From a virus, in the IMG/VR virus record IMGVR_UViG_3300020055_000004: a stretch of DNA of 64,000 bases. One strand, written 5' to 3'. Under the pieces are notes generated by a model that worked only from the letters and a program-made list of their open reading frames with translations, made no database searches and was not told where the DNA came from. This document shows positions 18,397-28,124 of this stretch, one piece after another. How positions within the stretch are numbered: the stretch's first letter is position 1; each line of letters begins with the position of its first letter. Both the position numbers and the translations under genes were made by a program.

Positions 18397-19053
18397 ATGA
18401 AACTTAATGCTCGATCTGTACAGGTCTTGAAAAACTTCTCAACAATTAATCCTTCGATTCAATTTCGCGAAGGTAATGCGTTGAAAACAATCTCGCCTAA
18501 TAAGACTATCATGGCAAAAGCAAATCTCGAGGATAATATTCCTCAGGACTTTGCAATCTATGATTTGTCTAGATTTCTTGGTGTATCATCTTTGTTTGCA
18601 GATCCGGACTTTCAACTTGAAGATCGTACTGTAGTGATTACATCACCGGGTCGTAAGGTAAATTACACCTTTGCAGATCCTAACACTATTGTTGCACCAC
18701 CTAACAAAGATATCGATATTGGTGACGCTGATGTATCATTTGAACTCAATCAAGAAAACTTCGCCGAAATTATGAAAGCTCTTGGTGTAATGTCATTTCC
18801 TGAGTTGGTGGTTGCTGGTGAAGATGGTCGTATTATTTTACGAGCCACTGATACTAAGAATCCAAGTTCAGACAAATATGATATTGAAGTTGGTGAGACT
18901 GATCGAACATTCACCGCAGTATTCAAGACAGAAAATGTCAAGATCTTACCAGATAATTATCGTGTAAGTTTGTCATCGCGTGGCATCTCACACTTCGCTT
19001 CAGACGATGTTGAATACTGGATCTCAATTGAATCCAACTCAACATTCGACTAA
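18397..19053 (+). CDS. gp45: Sliding clamp gp45
   Basis: VLKNFSTINPSI, FAIYDLSRFL, ENVKILPDNY.V, YWISIE. Confidence 0.95.
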   Translation: MKLNARSVQVLKNFSTINPSIQFREGNALKTISPNKTIMAKANLEDNIPQDFAIYDLSRFLGVSSLFADPDFQLEDRTVVITSPGRKVNYTFADPNTIVAPPNKDIDIGDADVSFELNQENFAEIMKALGVMSFPELVVAGEDGRIILRATDTKNPSSDKYDIEVGETDRTFTAVFKTENVKILPDNYRVSLSSRGISHFASDDVEYWISIESNSTFD

Positions 19054-19060
19054 ACAGATT

Positions 19061-19136
19061 GCCGCTATAGCTCAGCAGGTAGAGCAACTGATTTGTAATC
19101 AGTAGGTCCCGAGTTCGATTCTTGGTGGCGGCACCA
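19061..19136 (+). tRNA. tRNA-Thr(UGU)
   Basis: Cloverleaf; CTGAT-T TGT AA-TCAG anticodon arm; TTCGA T-loop; encoded CCA. Confidence 0.96.
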
Positions 19137-19150
19137 AATTGGAGTAAATT

Positions 19151-19231
19151 ATGGAAATGCTAGGTATATTGCTCTTTTTATTAGTAGGCATTTGCGGTTG
19201 CATATATCCATTTTTAGATAATGAAAGTTAA
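19151..19231 (+). CDS. Small hydrophobic peptide (26 aa) between tRNAs
   Basis: GGAG RBS; MEMLGILLFLLVGICGCIYPFLDNES. Confidence 0.4.
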   Translation: MEMLGILLFLLVGICGCIYPFLDNES

Positions 19232-19232
19232 T

Positions 19233-19308
19233 TCCACGATAGCTCAGCAGGCAGAGCAAGTGACTGTTAATCACTGGGTCCCTGGTTCGATCCCAGGTCG
19301 TGGAGCCA
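19233..19308 (+). tRNA. tRNA-Asn(GUU)
   Basis: TCCACGA/TCGTGGA acceptor, GTT anticodon, CCA end. Confidence 0.96.
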
Positions 19309-19323
19309 AATTAAGGAAATATT

Positions 19324-19494
19324 ATGTATATGTGGCAAGGAATAGAAGTAACAGGATCAGTTGAATCTGAGTACGTGTCATCAACTGGAACGCGATATTT
19401 CATTAAACTAACTGAACCTGTACCAGATGAATTCGTACAGGATAGACAAGGTCACGATTGGCCTATTAAAGGATCTATTATCCTTGTAGATTAA
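19324..19494 (+). CDS. Hypothetical protein (56 aa, below ORF-track cutoff)
   Basis: AAGGA RBS; open frame [11 protein letters not shown]...IILVD. Confidence 0.55.
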   Translation: MYMWQGIEVTGSVESEYVSSTGTRYFIKLTEPVPDEFVQDRQGHDWPIKGSIILVD

Positions 19495-19504
19495 GGAGTG
19501 TACC

Positions 19505-20743
19505 ATGGGTACGAAAAGGAGTTACAAACCGGAGGCAGTAGATAAGCTACGAGGATCAGTACAAATTGATCATACACTCGCGAGGCTTGGAGCAAGGAAG
19601 CTGAGACAACTATTCGAAGAAAACGAATATATTAACACATTTGGTGCATACAATGGGCAACAAGCTGTACAACATGTCAAGGCAGGATTAAAAGCAATCT
19701 ATTGTTCTGGTTGGCAGGTAGCAGCATCTCAGAACTCGGCCGGCGAAGTATATCCGGATCAATCCTTGTATCCTGTAAACTCTGTACCTGATGTTGTTCG
19801 AAATATTAATAATGCGTTTAGGCGACAAGATCAAATTGATGTATTAAATGGTGGAGATGGTTTTGATTTTGCACCTATTATCGCAGATGCAGAAGCTGGA
19901 TTTGGAGGAGTACTAAACGCATATGAACTGGCACGAAATCTCATTGAAGCCGGTGCTGCAGCTGTGCATTTCGAAGATCAGCTCGCTTCTGAAAAGAAAT
20001 GCGGACACCTCGGTGGTAAAGTACTTATTCCGACTAGCAGTGCTGTTCGTAATCTTAACGCCGCTCGACTTGCTTCTGATGTGGCTGGTACTGACACAGT
20101 CATCATTGCCAGAACAGATGCAGAATCTGCTAAACTCCTTTCATCTGACGTAGATGCAATGGATAACAAATATATCAAGAGATATGGTGGTCAAGGATCC
20201 GCTACAATGCGATCTCGTACATCAGAAGGTTTCTTTGAAATTAATGGCGGTTTAGATTTTTGTATAGAACGAGGTCAGAGATATGCAGAGTACGCTGACC
20301 TGATATGGTGTGAAACCTCGAAGCCTTGTCTTAAGGAAGCAAAAAGATTTGCTGACGGCGTACGTGGCGCATATCCTGATCAAATGCTAGCATATAATTG
20401 TTCGCCTTCTTTTAATTGGAAGAAAGCAATTCCAAATGATCAAGAACTTGCAGAGTTTCAACGTGAGTTAGGTAAGTTAGGATTTAAGTTTCAGTTTATT
20501 ACATTAGCTGGCTTTCATGCAACAAACTATGCTGTTTTTGACTTCGCTCGACGATATAAAGAAGATGGTATGTTTGCCTATTCATTATTGCAAGAAGATG
20601 AGTTTAACAGTGAAATCTTTGGATATACTTCAACCAAACACCAACAAGAAGTTGGAGTCGGATACTTTGATGCAATATCTAACGTGCTTGGTTCTTCGTC
20701 AACGGCTGCACTCAAAGGTTCCACAGAAGAAGAACAGTTTTAA
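19505..20743 (+). CDS. aceA: Isocitrate lyase
   Basis: [40 protein letters not shown] signature, [32 protein letters not shown]. Confidence 0.97.
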   Translation: MGTKRSYKPEAVDKLRGSVQIDHTLARLGARKLRQLFEENEYINTFGAYNGQQAVQHVKAGLKAIYCSGWQVAASQNSAGEVYPDQSLYPVNSVPDVVRNINNAFRRQDQIDVLNGGDGFDFAPIIADAEAGFGGVLNAYELARNLIEAGAAAVHFEDQLASEKKCGHLGGKVLIPTSSAVRNLNAARLASDVAGTDTVIIARTDAESAKLLSSDVDAMDNKYIKRYGGQGSATMRSRTSEGFFEINGGLDFCIERGQRYAEYADLIWCETSKPCLKEAKRFADGVRGAYPDQMLAYNCSPSFNWKKAIPNDQELAEFQRELGKLGFKFQFITLAGFHATNYAVFDFARRYKEDGMFAYSLLQEDEFNSEIFGYTSTKHQQEVGVGYFDAISNVLGSSSTAALKGSTEEEQF

Positions 20744-21447
20744 TGGATTTGATTAAGAGCAAGTTTGACATTAAGGGTTGGACTCTCTTAACAAATTTTT
20801 TGACACCAGAAGAACACGAATATTATCTCGATATATGTGATCATATTCTTCTTAATAGAATTCAGCCGTCATATAAATGGGCGCTCAACTCAAATGGTAC
20901 TATAAACAAATTACACGGTGCTTGTGAGACCGTCCCTGCATTTCGAAAATTGGCCAGTCATCCATCTTTGATTCGTCAGGCTAAAAGCTTATTGCCATTT
21001 GAAGAAGAAATGGATATCTATATCAGTAAGTTCTTCCCTATGCAGCCAAAAGCAATTTCTACTTTGATGCATCAAGATAATTATTTTTTTCGTGGAGATC
21101 CTCAAAAAATATTATCATGTGCTGTATATCTTCAAAATACATCAACAGAAAACGGATGTCTGCGTGTTGTTGAAGGTAGTCATTTGAGAGGTATATTTCC
21201 TCATAATATTGATGAGGAAGGAATTGCTCAGTGGATCGACCAGCGAGAACTTACAGATTATAAAATAATAGAACTTAATTTAAAAGCACCTTATGCTGTA
21301 TTTTTTAACATAAATCTAGTGCACGGCTGCAGTATGAATATGACTGATTCAACTCGATACAGTTTAGCATGGGAATATGTAAATAAAACCGACAATAATT
21401 TGACGGTTTCCGCTGAAAAATGGTGTGATAGAATTTCTGTCTTATAA
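20743..21447 (+). CDS. Phytanoyl-CoA dioxygenase-family 2OG-Fe(II) oxygenase
   Basis: HQD, ENGCLRVVEGSH, LVHG, R. Confidence 0.85.
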   Translation: MDLIKSKFDIKGWTLLTNFLTPEEHEYYLDICDHILLNRIQPSYKWALNSNGTINKLHGACETVPAFRKLASHPSLIRQAKSLLPFEEEMDIYISKFFPMQPKAISTLMHQDNYFFRGDPQKILSCAVYLQNTSTENGCLRVVEGSHLRGIFPHNIDEEGIAQWIDQRELTDYKIIELNLKAPYAVFFNINLVHGCSMNMTDSTRYSLAWEYVNKTDNNLTVSAEKWCDRISVL

Positions 21448-21450
21448 ATA
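21443..21450 (+). promoter_or_regulatory. T4-type late promoter TATAAATA
   Basis: Exact consensus ahead of membrane-protein cluster. Confidence 0.75.
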
Positions 21451-21511
21451 AACACGTGATCTGAGTTTCCCCATTACTATGTCTTTGTAATTAAATTTGC
21501 AAGGAGTAAGT

Positions 21512-21838
21512 ATGTCTGAAGAAGTAAAACAAGAAAAGTTTCATCCAGCCGATACAAACGGTGATGGAAAAGTAAGCAAAGAAGAAGAAGCAATGTATCT
21601 TGAGTTTCGCAGAAAGGAACTCGAAGATGCAGATGCTATGCGCGATGCTCAGCGATCTATGGCTTGGTTCTCGTTGTGGGGTATGTTATTATATCCTGTG
21701 CTTGTAGTCGGCGCCAATGTTGGTGGGTTAGAACAAGGAGCTAAAATACTAGGTGATATGGCGGGTGTATATTTCATCGCCGTAGCTGGTATTGTAGCAG
21801 CGTTCTTTGGCGCCCAAGCATGGAGCGGAAAAAAATAA
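21512..21838 (+). CDS. EF-hand + two-TM membrane protein
   Basis: DTNGDGKVSKEE EF-hand loop; two hydrophobic helices; AAGGAG RBS. Confidence 0.7.
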   Translation: MSEEVKQEKFHPADTNGDGKVSKEEEAMYLEFRRKELEDADAMRDAQRSMAWFSLWGMLLYPVLVVGANVGGLEQGAKILGDMAGVYFIAVAGIVAAFFGAQAWSGKK

Positions 21839-22249
21839 ATGGATAATAATTTAGAAGTTAGCGAAGACTCATCAATCACTATTCCAATTCGTAATTTACT
21901 TGCGATTGGATTTGCAATTGTTTGTGTTGTAGTCGGCTACTTTGAGGTAACAAATCGTATTGATGTACTCGAACGCGAAAATATTCTGTTGAGACAAGAA
22001 GTTAATATGAATTCAGAATTTCGTGTAAAGTGGCCGCGTGGTGAATTAGGTAGCTTACCTGATGATTTAATGCAAAACGCTGCAATACATTCGATTGAGA
22101 AACAAATGGTTGATTTCGAAAACGATACTAAACAAATGCAAGATCTTCGTATTCTAATCAATAAAGAGCAAGGTGTAAACGAAACACAAAATGAAAAGAT
22201 TGAGACGCTCTTTGATATATGGAATAACTCCTTGACAGAAAAAAAATAA
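21839..22249 (+). CDS. Membrane-anchored coiled-coil protein
   Basis: IPIRNLLAI TM, FRVKWPRGELGSLPDD. Confidence 0.65.
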   Translation: MDNNLEVSEDSSITIPIRNLLAIGFAIVCVVVGYFEVTNRIDVLERENILLRQEVNMNSEFRVKWPRGELGSLPDDLMQNAAIHSIEKQMVDFENDTKQMQDLRILINKEQGVNETQNEKIETLFDIWNNSLTEKK

Positions 22250-22261
22250 ACTATAAAATAT

Positions 22262-22957
22262 ATGAAGGATTATTATATGAGAACTATAATATTCTTGACT
22301 ATGTTTTTGTTTTGTTCTAGTGCATATGCACAGATTGATACGCGAGGTGATGGTGAATTTGAACCAAATTTGCCTGGCGATGTCGTACCTGGCAATGCAC
22401 AGGATGGTGATTTGAATTCGAATCAACAAAATTCGAATAATAATAATACATCAACTACCAATATTGGAGCAGGTGCCGGTTCTCCTACACCTGTAGGTAC
22501 TGCAATTGCTCCAAGCCTGATGTCATCTGGTAGTGATACCTGCTTACAAAGCAGAGGAACTGGAATACAACTTCTAGATATAGGTGTCTCAAGAGGTGCG
22601 TATAAACAGGATGAAGAATGTAACAGAAGACGCGACGCAAAAGTCTTCAAAGATCTAGGCATGATTCTCCCAGCGGTGAGTAGAATGTGCCAAAACGAAG
22701 ACAACTGGAAAGCCATGTTTATTTCCGGCAATCCATGTCCTATATTAGTCGCAGGCAAAATGGTTTTTGGTAAACGTGCGGTGCTAGCAATGAGAAGTCA
22801 GCCCGACGTATATATTCCTGATTACGATGATAATAAAACTTTCTACGACACCGTTTTAGGAATAGGAAAACAAACCGATGAACAAACTAAAAACACTGGT
22901 AATGAGCTTAGTGTTAGCGAGCGGTTCCGCAGTAGCAGGACCAGTTCAGTGGAATAG
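22262..22957 (+). CDS. Secreted Cys-containing protein
   Basis: Signal peptide (..SAYA/Q), Asn-rich stretch, TAIAPS..DTC, DEECNRRRDA, MCQ, PCP. Confidence 0.65.
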   Translation: MKDYYMRTIIFLTMFLFCSSAYAQIDTRGDGEFEPNLPGDVVPGNAQDGDLNSNQQNSNNNNTSTTNIGAGAGSPTPVGTAIAPSLMSSGSDTCLQSRGTGIQLLDIGVSRGAYKQDEECNRRRDAKVFKDLGMILPAVSRMCQNEDNWKAMFISGNPCPILVAGKMVFGKRAVLAMRSQPDVYIPDYDDNKTFYDTVLGIGKQTDEQTKNTGNELSVSERFRSSRTSSVE

Positions 22958-23807
22958 TGTAGATAATCTTGTCGCTGCATCAGGTAGTATTGCAACGACA
23001 CTTAATGCAGGAATTAGAAGAGTGGGAGGTATACAATCAGTTGTACCCGGCGGCACTGTAACTCCTGATGGATATTTGGAAGTTGATGCAACACTAATTT
23101 CTGAAGCACAACGAACAGCCTATAATCAGGCAATTCAGGAAGTGCAAGCTGATATCTTTCAAAAGACAGCCGCAGAATATTTTGGTGAAGAATATGCAGC
23201 AGCTCAAATCGCATTTGGTAACGCAGTAGACGCATATGTCGATGCTGTAACACCGATTGCTACGGCTCAACATATTAATAACATGGCAGCTCAAGTACAA
23301 TTGAGTGGTGATGCAATTCAAGGTCAACAATTGCAAGCATATGTTCTTGATAATAATGTATTGATGACTACTGGTCAAACTGATGCATACAATAATACAC
23401 TAACTGTATTACAAGACGCAGCAGATCAATTCTCAGCTGTTGCGGCCGTGTATAACGACCCAGCTTTGATTGAAGGTTTTCAATTAAATGCAGATGCGAA
23501 TGGTGTAGACTTTTTGAATGCTGACAGTGTATTCCTTGATCGTATACAAAATCAAGGGATTACAGGTTATGACGCTGCAGTTGTAGTCGACTTTACATCA
23601 ACAGCTGCTTTATATTTGGTACAAGATATTTCTGTTAATATTCAAACTACTGAATTTATAAATCAAGCTGGAGCTCAAAGTAATTTCTATACAACTGGAC
23701 CTACACAGGATCAAAATACAACCTGTTTTGTAGTAGATTCTGGTGGTTACTGGCCATATCAGAATGAAGATCCAAACATGCCTTGTTATATTGAGCCGGC
23801 ACCCTAA
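22878..23807 (+). CDS. Secreted Ala/Gln-rich protein
   Basis: Signal peptide MNKLKTLVMSLVLASGSAVA. Confidence 0.65.
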   Translation: MNKLKTLVMSLVLASGSAVAGPVQWNSVDNLVAASGSIATTLNAGIRRVGGIQSVVPGGTVTPDGYLEVDATLISEAQRTAYNQAIQEVQADIFQKTAAEYFGEEYAAAQIAFGNAVDAYVDAVTPIATAQHINNMAAQVQLSGDAIQGQQLQAYVLDNNVLMTTGQTDAYNNTLTVLQDAADQFSAVAAVYNDPALIEGFQLNADANGVDFLNADSVFLDRIQNQGITGYDAAVVVDFTSTAALYLVQDISVNIQTTEFINQAGAQSNFYTTGPTQDQNTTCFVVDSGGYWPYQNEDPNMPCYIEPAP

Positions 23808-23851
23808 ATTAAAATTTTGTTAAGGAATTGTTAAGGTTAGATTAATTTTCA

Positions 23852-23859
23852 TATAAATA
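23852..23859 (+). promoter_or_regulatory. T4-type late promoter TATAAATA
   Basis: Exact consensus. Confidence 0.7.
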
Positions 23860-23889
23860 TTTTTACGTCGTGAGACGAAGGAGAAAAAT

Positions 23890-24153
23890 ATGAAAAAGAT
23901 AGCTATTATGCTACTAGCCTTAACGCCTTTCTTTGCAATGGCTGAAGAGCCAAAAGAAGAAACAATTATTGCAGTTGTGTTAGAAGATAAATACACATGG
24001 AAGCTGCAATTAGAACAGTGCCACAAAGAGATCGATCCTGATAAAGAACTCATTGTGGTTAAAAAGAAATTTCCTGCACAAACTGTTACTGTTAAACAAG
24101 ACAGACGACAGTTTCGATGTCAGGTAAAAAGGTTAGAAGTTACAATCGTTTGA
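23890..24153 (+). CDS. Small secreted protein
   Basis: Signal peptide; AAGGAG RBS. Confidence 0.65.
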   Translation: MKKIAIMLLALTPFFAMAEEPKEETIIAVVLEDKYTWKLQLEQCHKEIDPDKELIVVKKKFPAQTVTVKQDRRQFRCQVKRLEVTIV

Positions 24154-24179
24154 GGACATGAGTCCTCGTGGGAGGACAA

Positions 24180-24725
24180 ATGGCAATCGAAGATATTGAG
24201 TTAGATGTTGGTGGAACCAAGTTTAAAGGTATTTGGATTGCCGTTTTGTTCTCTTTTGCTTCAACTATCGGCGGCGGTATTTGGGCCGCCTCCGAATTCT
24301 TTTCGCGTCTCGCACTTCTAGAAGACGAAGTAGCAGCATCAGTTGCTGCGTCTGAAACTATTGATGCAAGATTTGAAGACTTCCGCGAAGTGTGGGTTGA
24401 CGATAAGAAAACAATTACAAGCGACTTAGCTGTAGCTCAGCAACAAATTCAAGATGCCAACATCGATGAACTACAAGGTAAATTGTCAGGTCTCGATACA
24501 AATCTCAAAACCATTTTAGAACGACAGGCCGAATTGATTGCAATTCAAGAGCGTGTTGTTCAAGTCGAAAAACAAATTACGGAAACAGAAACTCTAGTCC
24601 AGAAAGCCGAGTTGATGATGAAAGATGCGGACAAGATTCAAATAAAGCTTGATCGTATGGCGAAAGAAATTGAAGATTTATGGGAAGGCCTAGATTATCT
24701 GTCTAACCCATATGGCACTAACTAG
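24180..24725 (+). CDS. Membrane-anchored coiled-coil protein
   Basis: GGTKFKG, TM, heptads, LWEGLDYLSNP. Confidence 0.65.
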   Translation: MAIEDIELDVGGTKFKGIWIAVLFSFASTIGGGIWAASEFFSRLALLEDEVAASVAASETIDARFEDFREVWVDDKKTITSDLAVAQQQIQDANIDELQGKLSGLDTNLKTILERQAELIAIQERVVQVEKQITETETLVQKAELMMKDADKIQIKLDRMAKEIEDLWEGLDYLSNPYGTN

Positions 24726-25008
24726 ATTATTTCCTATTTTACTTTTATCCGGTTGTGCAGTACAATGGTCTCCAGACTATACAGTGCGCAAAGATATAAC
24801 TGGCAATGAATATTACGAAGTAACTTTAGGTGTTACATATCCAAAAAAACAATTTATGACTGCAGAGGAATACGAAGAATTTCGTAATCTTCCAGAACAC
24901 CAAAAACAAAAGATGATAGAAGCCTATGAAGAGCGCGAGAAAATGGAAGAGAAATGGAAAGAATTTATTAGCTGTATGTTGGAGCTTCCACCTTTTAGAT
25001 CATGTTAA
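24712..25008 (+). CDS. Putative lipoprotein
   Basis: Lipobox LLSGC. Confidence 0.55.
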   Translation: MALTRLFPILLLSGCAVQWSPDYTVRKDITGNEYYEVTLGVTYPKKQFMTAEEYEEFRNLPEHQKQKMIEAYEEREKMEEKWKEFISCMLELPPFRSC

Positions 25009-25643
25009 TTTATTATCATCATATTATGAAGACAGGTGGCACTGCTATTCGTAAGTGGATGGAAAATTCTGATCGTTATGCAAATGCACAGCATCGTCAA
25101 CACACATCCTACAGCCAGGTTTATATTATAAAAAATCATTTCTACGTTTATAATCATATTACGAATATCAAAAATATCAAAATAAAGTTTGAACCTGTGA
25201 AACATATCATTTCGATTAGAGATCCGATCGACCGACATACTTCTAAGTACATCAAAACAGATCTTGATTTTCTTAATCTTAAACCAGTTAAACATATCAT
25301 TTCGATTAGAGATCCGATCAGTCGACATATTTCTGTAATGAATTACAGTTTACAAGAAGGATATGAAATATTTTCAACTGAAAATGGAATCGATCAATTG
25401 CAATGGCTAAATAATAACTTATCTCAAATGAATTCATACGAATTTGTTCGTCAAGAATTTCATCAAGAAGATTTTAACAAGGCGTTTGAAAACGATGATA
25501 TCTTATCATTGCAAAATGTTACTCAAGTTAAAAAATATTCTTGGGATACAATGAGTGAGGAGGAAAAAGATAAGCTTCGACAAAGATACGAACCTGAATA
25601 TAACATGTTAAAATCTCTCGGAATACAGTATAATATTCCATAA
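25002..25643 (+). CDS. Sulfotransferase-family protein with internal duplication
   Basis: HIMKTGGT (5'-PSB) and IRDP..R..S (3'-PB, present twice). Confidence 0.65.
   Translation: MLIYYHHIMKTGGTAIRKWMENSDRYANAQHRQHTSYSQVYIIKNHFYVYNHITNIKNIKIKFEPVKHIISIRDPIDRHTSKYIKTDLDFLNLKPVKHIISIRDPISRHISVMNYSLQEGYEIFSTENGIDQLQWLNNNLSQMNSYEFVRQEFHQEDFNKAFENDDILSLQNVTQVKKYSWDTMSEEEKDKLRQRYEPEYNMLKSLGIQYNIP
25191..25334 (+). repeat. Intragenic direct repeat, 90-bp period
   Basis: AAACATATCATTTCGATTAGAGATCCGATC at 25200 and 25290. Confidence 0.9.
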
Positions 25644-25660
25644 GCGTGAGGACTTATATT

Positions 25661-26599
25661 ATGAATGATGATTTTTTGTGGGTCGAGAAATATCGACCTC
25701 GTACCGTATCCGATACTATCCTACCGGATCAACTCAAACAAACCTTTCAACAATTTGTTAACGATGGCAATGTTCCTAATCTTATCTTGACCGGTAGCGC
25801 CGGTGTTGGTAAGACTACGATTGCCAAAGCCATGCTCGAAGAACTTGACTGCGACTACATCGTCATCAATGGTTCGATGAATGGTAATATTGACACCCTT
25901 CGCAACGATATCATGTCGTTTGCATCCTCAGTATCTCTCCAAGGCGGTCGCAAATATGTGATTCTCGACGAAGCAGATTACCTTAATCCTAACTCTACTC
26001 AACCTGCTCTTCGTAACTTCATGGAAGAGTTCTCCAAAAACTGTGGCTTCATTCTTACATGCAACTTTAAGAACAAGATTATTGATCCACTACACTCTCG
26101 ATGTAGTGTGGTCGAGTTTAAACTTGATAAAGATCAACGTATGGAATGTGCTGCTCAAATGTTCAAACGAACATGTACAATTCTTAATCAAGAAAATGTA
26201 GAGTTTGATAAAGCAGTTGTTGCTGAAGTAGTGAAGAAGCATTTCCCTGATAATCGTCGTATTCTTAATGAGCTTCAACGATATTCTGCTACAGGACGCA
26301 TAGATACTGGCATCCTAAATAATTTACAAGAAGTGACGATGACTAATTTAGTCTCATCTCTCAAACAGAAAGATTTCACTTCGGTTCGTAAATGGGTGGC
26401 AGAGAATAGTGATGCAGACAATACAACAATCTTTCGGCGACTTTATGACAAGTGTTCTGACTTCATGGCGCCAAGTAGCATACCTCAATTGGTCCTTATT
26501 CTTGCCGATTATCAATATAAGGCTGCATTTGTTGCAGATCATGAAATCAATATGACTGCATGTCTTACTGAGATCATGGCCAATTGTGAGTTTACATGA
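25661..26599 (+). CDS. gp44: Clamp loader ATPase subunit gp44
   Basis: LWVEKYRP, GSAGVGKTT, ILDEAD, PLHSRC, FVADHEIN. Confidence 0.96.
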   Translation: MNDDFLWVEKYRPRTVSDTILPDQLKQTFQQFVNDGNVPNLILTGSAGVGKTTIAKAMLEELDCDYIVINGSMNGNIDTLRNDIMSFASSVSLQGGRKYVILDEADYLNPNSTQPALRNFMEEFSKNCGFILTCNFKNKIIDPLHSRCSVVEFKLDKDQRMECAAQMFKRTCTILNQENVEFDKAVVAEVVKKHFPDNRRILNELQRYSATGRIDTGILNNLQEVTMTNLVSSLKQKDFTSVRKWVAENSDADNTTIFRRLYDKCSDFMAPSSIPQLVLILADYQYKAAFVADHEINMTACLTEIMANCEFT

Positions 26600-27123
26600 T
26601 TTTAATTAATAATTTTTTATCACTGGAAGATTGTCTTAAAGTTTCAGAAGATAAAAATAAACTCTGGAAAGAAAATTGTTGGACAATCAATAAGCACAAC
26701 TGGGAACCCAACTTAACAGCTGGTCTATATGGATCTGTCTATATGACCAATGTTTCTCCTGAAATTAATGTCAGAGTAGGATTTTATATCGACAAATATT
26801 TTGATAATAAAGTAGATTGGGATAGAACTAATATACAACATTTTGTATGGGATACTAATTCTGGCATAAACTGGCACAACGATAGGGGATATGATTTTGC
26901 CGGTACCATTTATATAAATGAACACTATAATCCTGATTGGGGTGGTATTTTCGAATATTTTGAGAATGTAGATAGTCAACAAAAACATTCCATATGTCCT
27001 GAGCAAGGACTATTCGTGATCAACACTATAGGTCAATTACATCGTGTAACTAAAATTACACATCCTATGATGGATATTTTTAGACACACAATACAAATTT
27101 TCGGAAAGTTTAAAGATGTTTAA
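26596..27123 (+). CDS. 2OG-Fe(II) oxygenase (prolyl-4-hydroxylase-like)
   Basis: INWHND, IYINE...WGG, LHRVT, RHTIQIF. Confidence 0.8.
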   Translation: MILINNFLSLEDCLKVSEDKNKLWKENCWTINKHNWEPNLTAGLYGSVYMTNVSPEINVRVGFYIDKYFDNKVDWDRTNIQHFVWDTNSGINWHNDRGYDFAGTIYINEHYNPDWGGIFEYFENVDSQQKHSICPEQGLFVINTIGQLHRVTKITHPMMDIFRHTIQIFGKFKDV

Positions 27124-27301
27124 GAAAAAACGCCCTCTATGTGAGGTTGATGTGTGTGATAATTTTCTCCCTGATACTGGAGATTGTGGTACAATTGTGC
27201 TTGGCGAACATGAGTTTAAAGTGTGTGATGAATGCTATAAGCTTATGGAGAATATACAAATAAAATTTGAGGAGCGCGAAGACGATGAGCAATCCCTTTG
27301 A
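27116..27301 (+). CDS. Small Cys-rich protein
   Basis: C-x4-C...CDEC. Confidence 0.5.
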   Translation: MFKKKRPLCEVDVCDNFLPDTGDCGTIVLGEHEFKVCDECYKLMENIQIKFEEREDDEQSL

Positions 27302-27671
27302 GTATCTGAACTCTATCAATGTCACTAAACAAAATCTTATGCGTGGTTCCAATGATGATGTGATCGCAGAAAAAGATTATTTGCCATTCATGGTCAATCG
27401 TGGTTTGTCATATTTTCAAGATACAATAGCACTCGCTAACGAGATGAATATTCATCATGAGCTCGATAAAAAGCTTCAATACGAGTTTCTTATAAATATT
27501 GTTAGAAAACGAAAAAGATTTTCTAAGTGGTACAAGAAAGAAGACGATAGTGATATCGAAGCGGTTATGGAATATTATGGATATAGCAATGAACGAGCTT
27601 CTCAAGCACTCACAATCCTCTCTCAAGACCAGATAAAAACAATAAAGAGCCGAATAGAAAAAGGTGGATAG
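27285..27671 (+). CDS. gp62: Clamp loader small subunit gp62
   Basis: YLPFMVNRGLSYFQDT, RKRKRFSKW, YYGYSNERA. Confidence 0.93.
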   Translation: MSNPFEYLNSINVTKQNLMRGSNDDVIAEKDYLPFMVNRGLSYFQDTIALANEMNIHHELDKKLQYEFLINIVRKRKRFSKWYKKEDDSDIEAVMEYYGYSNERASQALTILSQDQIKTIKSRIEKGG

Positions 27672-27674
27672 TAC

Positions 27675-28070
27675 ATGAATATCGACTCACTTGTAGAGGT
27701 AGAGTTGGTGTCAGACGATGACTTTTTAAAAGTAAGAGAGACACTCACTCGTATTGGAATTGCTTCGCCAAAAGAAAGAAAGCTATATCAATCATGCCAT
27801 ATTCTTCATAAACGTGGCAAATACTACATCGTACATTTCAAAGAACTCTTTGCCCTTGATGGCAAGCCTACTAATTTTTCTGAACAAGACGAGAGTCGTC
27901 GTAATACTATTACGAAGCTTCTTGCTGACTGGAATCTTATTAGAGTTGTAGAACAAAAACAAATTGAAGAATTACAAGCACCTCTGAACCAGATTAAGAT
28001 TATTGCTCATAAAGATAAAAATGACTGGGAATTGGTGGCCAAATATAATATAGGTAATAAGAAAAAGTAA
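27675..28070 (+). CDS. regA: Translational repressor RegA
   Basis: DDFLKVRETLTRIGIAS, LYQSCHILHKRGKYYIVHFKELFALDG. Confidence 0.98.
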   Translation: MNIDSLVEVELVSDDDFLKVRETLTRIGIASPKERKLYQSCHILHKRGKYYIVHFKELFALDGKPTNFSEQDESRRNTITKLLADWNLIRVVEQKQIEELQAPLNQIKIIAHKDKNDWELVAKYNIGNKKK

Positions 28071-28074
28071 GGCA

Positions 28075-28103
28075 TGTACATTTCATGGGATCTGTAGTAG
28101 AAT
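28075..28103 (+). promoter_or_regulatory. Early-type promoter TGTACA-N17-TAGAAT
   Basis: Exact motif. Confidence 0.8.
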
Positions 28104-28124
28104 AGATCTTGATGAGGAGAACAT

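Noticed and set aside
19505-20743. Host chromosome or prophage flank suggested by aceA, iscU, tRNAs, ssrA
   Set aside because: Each is embedded singly among T4-like genes with phage promoters and tight gene overlaps
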